A stretch of 62,567 nucleotides of DNA, counting the filler, from Nemertoderma westbladi (lineage: Eukaryota; Animalia; Xenacoelomorpha), in NCBI GenBank assembly GCA_032718475.1. It is 4 parts of 4 records of this genome, joined end to end, with 100 filler letters (N's around TTAATTAATTAA, not from the genome) between each part and the next. Parts side by side here need not be neighbours in the genome. Positions count along the whole stretch, not along the records: positions 43,253 to 56,123 come from JAUCBJ010001203.1; positions 56,224 to 62,567 come from JAUCBJ010002920.1; 2 more parts are not named here. The stretch is one strand, 5' to 3'. Positions 52,684-62,567 of this stretch are shown here, piece after piece. The first letter of the stretch is position 1. Each line of letters opens with the position of its first letter. The translations under genes and the position numbers were made by a program. Under the pieces are notes generated by a model that made no database searches, was not told the DNA's origin, and saw nothing but the letters and a program-made list of their open reading frames with translations.

Positions 52684-53347
52684 TGGCAACGGTTCCGCCC
52701 GTCCCCCCATATTTAGATTTTTTTACTAGCTATATTTAAGCAGTTTTTTGCATATATTAATGTTCTAGAACATATCCCGCGGAAAAAAATATATTTTTTT
52801 TTATGGTAGCTAGTATTTTTTGTCTGCTAGTGTTTAAATAAAATTTACTAGCTATTTTTAAGCGCAGTTTTATTTTTTTCAAAAAATATACGATGCAGTA
52901 GGCCTATATAATGAAACATGACATTCTAAAATATTTTGTTACTTGCAAAGTAAAAAACTGTCACTAAACAATAGCTGAAATTCAAAAGAGTAAAAGAAAA
53001 GAGGGAAGAATTCCATTGAAGATAATGGAGATAATAAAAGAAATAAAAGCAACCTACCCTGTTGATTAAATCAAATACAGTACTGTTTAATTTAAATATG
53101 GAAATGTTGAATGCAATATCATTGAATTAATAAAAAATGAAAAAAATAAAATATTCCACTTTTTATAAATGTTCTAGAACAAAATATAACTTGTTCTAGA
53201 TCATAATTTAAAAAAACTATTATGAAATGTTCTAGAACACTAACCACAAACACTAAACACTGAACACAAACACTAAAAGGTAACAGCTAGCAAACTTATA
53301 CATTTTGGTATAAAATTAAAATGGGGGGACGGGCTGAACTCAAGCCA
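52684..53347. mobile_element. MITE-like element with ~28-bp imperfect TIRs
   Basis: GTTCCGCCCGTCCCCCCAT vs ATGGGGGGACGGGCTGAAC. Confidence 0.55.
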
Positions 53348-54411
53348 AAAATATAATGTTCTAGAACATATAGCTCGTTTTATTAATTTTAAAATACATT
53401 AAGTTTTTAAAACATATATTATTGTTACTATGGGAACGTTGAAGAGTTCTAGAACAATAGAAAAGTATTATATAGTATTCTAGAACAAAAATAAAATAAA
53501 AAATATAATGATCTAGAACATACAGCTAGTTTTTTTAATTTTAAAATAGGTAGTAAATTTAAAAAAAATTATTTTTAAATAAATTTCTGAATACATTTTA
53601 ATTAATATTGATTATACTGTAGAGTTTTTGTATACCGATGTAACTAATCAGTTTATTTGTCCATTGAGTACCGGTATTGGCTTTTGTTGGCCTTTTGTTG
53701 TCACATGGAATCCGTTGACTTTCCCTTTTCTTATCTGTTGCCTCCACATGTACCATTAGTTATTGGTATTCTGTTAGTTTTTCGGATATATCTTTGTGGT
53801 TTAATGCACTCCTCACACAAAGTTCTGGCGTCATATATTTTGCGTATTTTTCTCCGTACCTGTCTTTTAATGGTACCGGTACTGGTGCAGTATGCGTACA
53901 GCCCCCCCCCCCCCCCCCCCCCCCCCCTCCAAATTTTATCTACTAGATAGTTTTTGTGAATTTATTTTTTTGTACAGAACAATGTTAGTTAGCTATTTAT
54001 TTTGAAAAAATTAATGGGCATTAGTATAGTATCTATGCCCAAATTAAAATTAAAAAATGGATTAATTATATTGGCTAGAGTTCCGTATGCAGTCGCATTT
54101 GCTGATATTTTGATATTGATTAATGAAATTATGTACTTTTTGCATGTAATAGCCTACAGTATCACCACTGACTTCATTGCAACATTTTAAAAAATATATT
54201 GTGTTCTAGACCATTAGCTAATGTCTAGCTACCGGTATATGTTCTAGAACATGATATTTTTTATTTTATTTATATGTCCTAGAATAGTGTATAATAATTA
54301 TATTTTGTTGTAGAACTCTACAATGTTGCCATGGTAACAATGATTTATGATACTGTATAAATATTCGACTGTATACGGAACTGTTCCCATTAGGCTATAT
54401 TAGTGATTATC

Positions 54412-55072
54412 GGTTTTTATCATGAGGTTTTTTGTTCTAGAACAAATATTTGACACTCTGACAGTAAGATGGTAGCCAGTAATTTTTACTTTGTGCTAGA
54501 TAGTACCGGCACTTTATATTAGCTGGTGAAAAAAATTATAATTGAAAAATTAATAAAACAAATTTGACCGACTTTTTTTGTTGTGAAAATTAAACAAAAA
54601 TATATAAATCTAGAATAAAATTTATAATGCAAAGCCAAACAAAAATATTTTAATCTAAAAAGAAAAAAAAGAAAAAAAAATCCACAATTTGGGCACAGAT
54701 ACTATACTAATGCCAATTAATGTTCTAGAACATTTTTTAGACAAAAGCCAAGTTTGTATTTAAAAAGAATGGGCTGGTTATAAAACGTGTATAAAATGAA
54801 TAAAATAATTTATTTTAATATTTTTCAATTTTTCAATTAAATTATGATGATAGTTAGTAAGACTTATGGTACCGGTAGCTAATAAATAATGAAAGCAATG
54901 ATAAAAGCATATTTCACAAGAAAAAATTTGGTTAAAATGTTTTTCAAATTTTCAATTTTATTTTTTCACTAGCTAATAAATAGAACTAGCTAACACAAAA
55001 TCAAAATTACTAGCTACTGTACCATCTTACTGTCATAAGGTCAAATACAGTATAAACCTCATGATGAAAGCC
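54412..55072. mobile_element. Inverted-repeat element (~90-bp arms)
   Basis: ATCATGAGGTTT..TATTTGAC..TGACAGTAAGATGGTA vs TACCATCTTACTGTCA..GTCAAATA..AAACCTCATGAT. Confidence 0.6.
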
Positions 55073-56123
55073 ATTTTCATATGAAAAAATTGGTCATAAA
55101 GTGTGTACCCAATACATAAAAATTTGACACAAATAGGGCCTATGCTACTAGTGCCCCAGAATGGTTTCTACGCACAAAGTGACACAGGCCTAGTGTATAG
55201 TACTAGCTACCGGTAATTTTTATAAAAGAGTATAGGCCTAATGTTTCCAAAGAATCATTAAAATGCTAAATACTGTTGATATAACGAACTCATACTGTCA
55301 GAAGATTTTAATACAAACTTTGTTTTTTTTTATAAAAAGATGTTTGTTCGCGCTTTCAGACCTTTGGCAGTTTAACCCGCCAAATTAAGATGTCTTCTAG
55401 ATATTAAATCGCTTTTTAGCCTATGACAAGTATTTGATTCACTACACTAGTCGAAACCAATCTGTGCGCGACCATTCACCCGCTGGATATTCCCGGGAGA
55501 TTGGGTTCGACGGTTTAATTTTATTGCTATGTAAGCCTAATGTATTATTCGACTGACAGTATTATAATCTCTGACAATATTATTCACCTTCGGGAATATT
55601 AACAGTTCCTTTAGGACGTGGCGCTTTATTTATATAAACAGAGTTATGACTTAAACTACTCACAACGATATGGCTTAATTATAATTCACATATATGGCGC
55701 ATTCTTTAGGAAATGCTTCTTTAACAGACTCACTCGTACACAATGCTGCACAATACTGCACACTAATCTGCCAATCTTCACTGATTTTAGTCACATATAA
55801 AAGGAACACAGACTGACTCATGTAGGGTCTATCAAATAACATTAGATTCACTTCAAACCACTTTAACATAAGTCACAATCGTTTATCTGTAACCTTTCTC
55901 TCTTACCTTCGGTATATCAAGAATATTGGGTTTCGGGGTTATTTATCGTTATTCCAAATATAATTATTCATCAACCATATTATGAAGAACTGACAGTAAA
56001 TAGCAGTATAAAACAACAACTGAACACTGATTGTTATGAGTTTGCAATGTTTCAGCAGAGTGATATTCACAGAGTTTGGTCGGTATGTCAGCAGTTTGCA
56101 GTGATTACGAAATTGCAGCCGCC

Positions 56124-56223
56124 NNNNNNNNNNNNNNNNNNNNNNNNNNNNNNNNNNNNNNNNNNNNTTAATTAATTAANNNNNNNNNNNNNNNNNNNNN
56201 NNNNNNNNNNNNNNNNNNNNNNN
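56124..56223. other. Artificial contig spacer
   Basis: N44-TTAATTAATTAA-N44. Confidence 0.98.
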
Positions 56224-56308
56224 TATATATACCGAGGTAAGTCTGACATTTTGACATTCTGACATTTTGACATTTATTACCCGTATTCGACATATATAAT
56301 ACAGACAT

Positions 56309-57687
56309 TATTGAATGTTTGCAACTGGATGTTAAAAGGGGAAAAGCCACCACCAATTTGGACTAAAGGTCAACTAAAGCCTCTCCCCAAGAAAGGAGAC
56401 CTCGGCATACCGACAAACTATCGAGGGATCTGTCTGCTTGTGGTAGCTGCCAAAATATACAATAAAATTATTCTATATAGGATGAGGCTTCACATAGAGA
56501 AACTACTGCGTAAGAGCCAAAACGGATTTCGACCAAGTAGATCAACAATAGCTCAGATACTTGCACTACAGAGAATGATTGAAGGAATTAAGTCAAAGAA
56601 TCTCCCAGTAGTCATGACTTTTGTGGACAAGAAGGCATTAGACTCCATCCATAGAGGTAAAATGCTTGAAATCCTAAGAGCTTATGGAATACCAGAAGTA
56701 ATTGTTGCTGGCATTGGATTGTTATATTGTGACACAGAAGTACTCTTACCAGATGGTGAAACTGAGATTTTCTCAATCCTGGCTGACGCACTGCAAGGTG
56801 ACACATTAGCACCATTACTATTTACAATTGTGCTGGATTACGCAATGAGGATGGCCACAAAGGGTGAAGATCTGGGATTCATACTTCAAGAACGCAGAAG
56901 TAGTAGATATCCGGCAACTACAGTCACAGACAGCGACTTTGCGGATGACATCACCCTGCTCTCTAATACGCTAGCACATGCACAGCTTCTACTAAATAAA
57001 GTGGAGAGGGCCGCTAAGGAGGTTTGATTGCATATAAATGCTACCAAGACCGAATTCATGACCTTTAATGTTGATGGAAACTTAACAACCATTGATAATA
57101 ATCAACTAAGGAAGGTCGATGACTTCCAGTACCTTGGATCATGGATAGAGAGTAGCAAAAAAGACATAGAAGTTAGGAAAGCAAAGGCTTGGGTAGCTCT
57201 ATCAAAAATGGATACCATCTGGAAATTAGATCTCTCCAGGCACCTGATGACTAAGTTCTTTCGAGCTACAGTGGAAAGTGTATTTTTACACGGGGGTGAG
57301 ACCTGGACACTGACTAAATTACTTGACCAACGAATTAATGGTTGCTACACAAGACTATTAAGGGCAGCCCTAAACATCAGCTGGAGACAACACATGAAAA
57401 ACGCCGAGCTTTATGGTACAATACCACCTGTATCAACCACCCTCCGTGAACGCAGATTAAGATTCAGTGGGCATTGCTGGCGAAGTAAAGACGAGGTCAT
57501 ATCAGATCTACTTCTCTTGCAACCAACTCATGGAAAGCGTAGTCGTGAACAACCGACCATAACATATATAGATCAACTTGAAAGGGATACTGAACTTGGG
57601 AGAAACGAAATTGCGACAACTATAGAGAATCAGGAAGCCTGGAAGGATCTCACTTCCACTGTCCGAGTTCGCTCGACCTAGTAGTAG
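56309..57687 (+). mobile_element. RTE-clade LINE family B, 5'-truncated; RT with an in-frame stop at 57025-57027
   Basis: PKKGDL..NYRGI; QNGFR; LQGDTLAPLLF; DFADD; FQYLGS; RRLRFSGHCWR; (TAG)n tail; 12-bp TSD TAATACAGACAT (56297-56308, 57688-57699). Confidence 0.93.
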
Positions 57688-57695
57688 TAATACAG

Positions 57696-58050
57696 ACATA
57701 AGAGATACACCACATTCAACTAGACACCCACCTACCGACTATGACTCGTGTGACGCAGACAGATCAACAGTAGACAAACATAGAAGGAGGATTCGCGATT
57801 CTACCAATGTCACACCGCATGCGTCGCCGGTACCGCTAATGGAAATACTGGAAGCCATAGCCCGTGGTGATGGTAGAACCGAAGACTTCCTTACCGTCCC
57901 GCAAACCAGATTGCGGGAACTGGACATGGTAAGCCAGGAGAACATTATTATGAGCATAGGAGGACACATGGCTCAGATAACTCGAAATATTGGAGAAGGT
58001 TTTCGCGTCTTACGCGAAGGAACAGCCCCGAGAGATACGAGTTCTACACT
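57696..58050 (+). CDS. Probable terminal exon (5' part) of an unknown gene, continuing at 61157-61205 after the foldback insertion
   Basis: GTAAGT donor at 56237 and a TACAG acceptor. Open frame (D)IRDTPHSTRHPP...EGTAPRDTSSTL reads on as DTPPDIQPLNKSLQL* once the insertion is removed. Confidence 0.45.
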
Positions 58051-61000
58051 AGGGCGGTGAGTTTTTTACTTTTTTTCGATTTCATTGTTCTACCGGTGCA
58101 CAAAAGTTCCCAAATGGTAAAAAAATAAGGAAAAAAAAATTTCTTTAAATTTCGTCTATATCTTCACGGATCCCAAGAAGGTTGAAATTTTGAGCCATCG
58201 CGATGCACCATAATGAAATTTATAACAATATAACACATTGATGAAAGATCAATTACTCAAGAAAGAACTTCCTGCATGCATCAAATGTCATCAAAGGGTC
58301 CAAACTTAGATAGATACCAAAATTGACCAAGGGAAGTAGTGCCACAGGCACATGACCAGAACCTACTCTTTGGTGCAAGTTATTTTCAATTTTGGTGATG
58401 GACAACTTTTAGTTCTCCTACCTATTCCTACCTATACCTACCTATCTATTATGCTCATGCTCATATATCTACAGGAGCTAATAAACCAACAGGTTGATGC
58501 CATCAATAATGCTGACGACAGCAGGCAATCATCCCAGGCATGGAAATCGATCAATCTGCTTAATGGGCGGAAACGCCAACCAACCACCAAGGTTAAGGCT
58601 GAATCACCAGCCGATCGCCTCAATGGTTGGAAAGCCCACTTTGAAAAGCTCCTCAATAATGACAGGGTATTGCCTGATAACTTTATAGAAGTAAAAGTGT
58701 CTGAGTCTGTACTCCCAGATATTCCCATTGGCGATATCTCCTTTGCAGAAGTGAAGGCTGCTGCAAAGAACATTAAGACCAATCGTGCCAGTGGAGTAGA
58801 TGGTGTCCCCCCTGAGGTCTTTAAAATACCTGAGTGTTTAAAGCTCATCTATCCCATCATAGTAGACATGTACCGAACAACAAGAGTCCCACAAGAAATG
58901 AAAACAAATAAGTTGGTGCCAGTTCCCAAGAAGGGCAACCTAACACTCTATGGTTTTTTTCGGGGAATCTCATTGATCTCGATTGCTGCAAAGCTATACA
59001 ATAGGATTCTATTAAATCGCATCAGGGATCCCATTGAGAGACTGCTCCGTGGAATTCAGAATGGGTTCCGTAAAGGTCGTGGGACCATGGAGCCCATTTT
59101 GGCACTTAGAAGTATAATTGAAGAGTTATCAAAAAAGAAATACAGGCATCTGGCTGTTATCTTTGTTGACTTCTTCAAGGCCTTTGATTCAGTCTCTCGC
59201 TCACGTATGTTCAGCATACTTTCATTATATGGGATTCCTGATGAAATTATTGCAGCAATCAGATCAGTATATGATGTTTCGACAACATTTGTGTCTACTG
59301 TTGACGGTGACACAGAACCATTTGAAGTGTTATGGGGCGTTTGAGACTAGACTTTGCTGATGACTTAGGAGTACTCTCAGAATCATTAGAGGGAGCCCAA
59401 CGGCTCCTCAGCTCATTAGAACATGCTGCTTCTAGTGTTGGTCTTTTTATTAACTCCAGAAAGACCAAAATTCTGACAGTAAACTTTGAAAGTCCTCAGC
59501 AAGTCCGCGATCGGATGAGCATAAGCTAAAAGGATGGTATGCTTGAGCATGTGGACGACTTCTGTTACCTGGGATCATGGATCTGGAAGTCAGATGAGGA
59601 CCTACGAATACGTAAGGGAAAGGCATGGGCGGCCTTGAATAGGCTTTCCAGGATTTGGAAGTCACCGAGAATTAATCGGAAACTTAAGGTCCGATTATTT
59701 AGAGCAGCAGTAGTTCCAGTACTCCTCTACGGGAGTCCATGCTGGGCTCTAACTGCTGAGGACACCAAATCTCTGGATGGCACATTCACAAGAATGCTAC
59801 GCCGGGTTCATTGTGTCAAGTACAATGCACACATCTCCAACCAGACACTATATAACATTGGATGTGTCTCATTGGTTCCCCCAAGCTTGACACTAGAACA
59901 AAATCGCCTCCGCTTTGCAGGACATTGCTTTCGCCGTGAGGACCAGCCAGTGCATAATCTTGTACTTTGGCAGCCTCATGGAGTGAATAAGCATGGTGGA
60001 CAGCCCATGACTTTCTTGAGACGCATCTTAAAGGACACTACTGGCCTTAAAGATGCGGGTGATCTAGCAAATGTCATGGGTGATAGGGAGTTGTGGCGGT
60101 GCAATTTTGTTGACAAGCCGGCACAGCATTTTTAAAAATGCAGCTGCAATGCAGCATGCCGATCCTAGTAGTAGTAGTAGTACCTATACCTACCTATCTA
60201 TTATGCTCATTAATGCAAAAGAACCGCAATGACCGATTTAGTGGGGGTAGACATCATCAAAACAAGCATAAAACGAAAAGTTCATGATATATTGCAGAAA
60301 ATGTTAAGTTCGGCACAAGTCAACATTACCGCCTTGATGATTTATAGAAAAATACACAAAAATGTTACTTCTAATTATCTTAAGGCATCAAAAATATACA
60401 CATCACTGCAACAAATTGATTTAGTGTATACAGACACCTTCAAAATTAAAGCAAAAAAAAGCAACATACTAGTGGACATAGTCTTAACATTTTGTAAAAT
60501 AACTCAAGAACTAATGACTCTACTCTTATTTTGAAGGTGTCTACACCCACACTACATAGATCATTTTCTGTGATGTATCTATTCTTGATTCCTTGAGATA
60601 ATTCAAAGTATATTTTTTACTGTATTTGTCCATATCACACAAGGCGGTAATGTAGACTTGTGCCGGACATTTTCTGCGATTTCTCAAAAACTATTCGCTC
60701 TAAGTTTGCTTTGAAGTTGTCTACCCCCACTAAATCGGACATTGCGGTTCTAAAGAGCACAATATTAATGCAGTAGGAGAAATCAAAGTTGGCCATCGCG
60801 AAAATTGAGAATAATCAGCACTTGCACCAAATGGTAGGTTCTGGCCATGTGCCTGTGGCACTAGTTCCCTTGATCCAAAAATACAATTTTGGTATCAAAC
60901 TAAGTTTGGACCCATTTGATGACATTATGCAGGAAGTTCTTTCTTGAGTAATTGATCTTTCATCAATGTGTTATATTGTTATAAATTTCATTACGGTGCA

Positions 61001-61153
61001 TCGCGATGGCTCAACATTTCAACCCTCTTGGGATTCGTGAAGATATAGACGAAATTGAAAGAAATTTTTTTTGCCTTATTTTTTTACCATTTGGGAACTT
61101 TTGTTCACCGGTAGAACAAAAAATCGAAAAAAAAGTAAAAAACGCACCGCCCT
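58051..61153. mobile_element. Non-autonomous foldback DNA transposon with very long TIRs (AGGGCGGTG...), candidate 3-bp TSD ACT
   Basis: 58051-58422 is the reverse complement of ~60772-61153; pairing continues between ~60208-60340 and ~60638-60772. Confidence 0.88.
58459..60180 (+). mobile_element. RTE family A, longest copy, 5'-truncated with an internal RT deletion
   Basis: ASGVDG, VPKKGNL..RGISL, QNGFRKGR, FVDFFKAFDSV, then WGV joined directly to LDFADD (QG motif lost), FCYLGS; (TAG)n tail; ~30-bp TSD TACCTATACCTACCTATCTATTATGCTCAT (58429-58458, 60181-60210). Confidence 0.95.
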
Positions 61154-61688
61154 ACTGGACACTCCTCCAGACATACAGCCATTAAATAAGTCATTGCAAC
61201 TATAATTAATTTATATTGTAAATATTAACCAAACATAAACCAATAACCATATAACATATAAACTGGTAACATATAGCAGTTGTGTTTAATGAATCATATA
61301 GAACTGTAGACCAAGGTACAGTATCTCTTCTACAACTCATTGGGAATTCAAACTGTAAAATAAATAATAAAAACGTTAAAGTCAATAATTTTATAGTAAA
61401 AAACGATATTTATTCCGGAACTACAGTATTATTAATAATTATTATTAACTTTTCACCCAAATATATTATTATATTTTATTTATATTTATATAAATATTTT
61501 ATTTAATATTGATTATTATATTAATTATTTATTATTTATTATATTTATATTATATTATATTTTAATATTTAAAATTTTTTATTATTATTTTTTATATTAT
61601 ATTAATATTATTTTTATATTTTATAATTAAATGTAAAGGTGAGTTTCCAACGCTACTATTGAAATTATTAAGAAATTTTATATAAAAC

Positions 61689-62444
61689 TTACGCATCTTT
61701 CGGAATCAAAATCTTAATTTCAACTCGAGAAGCCGGATTCCTTTCAGTAAAATTATACCAATAAGGTCCAATCCCATAATCACCACCACCATATTCTCCG
61801 TTCAAGTTACTGTCCGCGACGTTGTCGCGCGCACAGTTGTTGTGCCACCACGCTCCAGTACGAAAAACGGCGCAGTTGCCGCCGCACCTGTCATTATCAC
61901 GGTCCTTGGTAGAGAATGGGAGACCATTGTGATACCCCAATGAGTCACCAGCAGTACCATGGTGATAGGATACATGTAGGGTGTAATTAGTTGCTGCTGA
62001 TCCGATAGAGAAGTATCTGTATTCCGCGTATTTGTGTTCGTAGGTGTAATGCTTCTTTTCATAATTGTTCAAAACATTTGGATAAGCAAAACCCTCTCCA
62101 GTGAACCACAAATCGACAATCATAATCACCCCGCCGCCTTTACTCAGCTCGTGGATCGTCTCCAACCCCAACCAAATATTCGTCTCCGGGTCGCCAAATC
62201 CTTCAACATATTCATCCCAGTTACGATTGAAGTCGACACTTCCATCAACTCTTTGTTGAATCATTACTCCAACATAAGGACGGTCATCCTTTAGTAGGAT
62301 AGGCGCTATTACTCTTAACTTATAATTAAATAGTTGTAACCTTGTAAACTGGTCTTTCAACTCTGTATTCTGTTCTTTCAACTCTGTAATCTGTTCTTTT
62401 ATCAGTTCTTCCAACGCAGCAACCTGTTCTTGTATTTGTTGACC
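61689..62444 (-). CDS. Terminal exon of a fibrinogen-related domain (FReD; angiopoietin/ficolin/tenascin-C-like) protein with a preceding coiled coil
   Basis: Acceptor ttttaacAG (62446-62445) in frame; heptad coiled coil; IQQRVDGSVDFNRNWDEYVEGFG..WLGLETIHEL; GTAGDSL.YHNG.PFSTKDRDND..NCA..GAWWHNNC..SNLNG. Confidence 0.92.
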   Translation of the reverse strand, partial: GQQIQEQVAALEELIKEQITELKEQNTELKDQFTRLQLFNYKLRVIAPILLKDDRPYVGVMIQQRVDGSVDFNRNWDEYVEGFGDPETNIWLGLETIHELSKGGGVIMIVDLWFTGEGFAYPNVLNNYEKKHYTYEHKYAEYRYFSIGSAATNYTLHVSYHHGTAGDSLGYHNGLPFSTKDRDNDRCGGNCAVFRTGAWWHNNCARDNVADSNLNGEYGGGDYGIGPYWYNFTERNPASRVEIKILIPKDA

Positions 62445-62567
62445 CTGTTAAAAAATTACTTTATTTATATTTAATTTCATGTAAATCATATGACATAAGC
62501 ACACACTGTAAGTTAAAGTACGTGTAATTGTTAGCACACTTGATTACAAAAAGTAATTTCACAATTT

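Noticed and set aside
56168-56356. ORF running into Ns
   Set aside because: Artefact of the artificial spacer.

Overview
AT-rich, intron-containing eukaryotic DNA, most consistent with an invertebrate animal: it carries Ly6/uPAR, fibrinogen-domain and STPG2-like exons plus animal-type transposons. The window is four contigs (1-28342, 28443-43152, 43253-56123, 56224-62567) joined by artificial 100-bp N44-TTAATTAATTAA-N44 spacers, so adjacency across the spacers means nothing. Most of the sequence is repeats. These include a decayed BEL/Pao LTR retrotransposon lacking RT and fused to a second LTR element, a 13.3-kb 416-bp satellite with higher-order repeats, RTE/CRE/CR1 LINE pieces, hAT, Harbinger, AcademX and ISL2EU remnants, and many MITEs. 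I found no prokaryotic system, CRISPR array or structural RNA gene. The most unusual observations are: (1) an STPG2-like exon whose own acceptor (x3) and donor (about x37) splice sites have been amplified into tandem arrays; (2) short TA-flanked or palindromic motifs (TACAGTA/TACTGTA, TACCGGTA, TAGGCCTA, GTTCTAGAAC), several of which are insertions relative to paralogous copies and look like transposon excision footprints, with a dense hotspot and a candidate donor MITE; (3) an unknown spliced gene that can be rebuilt by removing three TSD-bounded insertions, one nested inside another. Family assignments come from motif recognition by eye, not from database searches.
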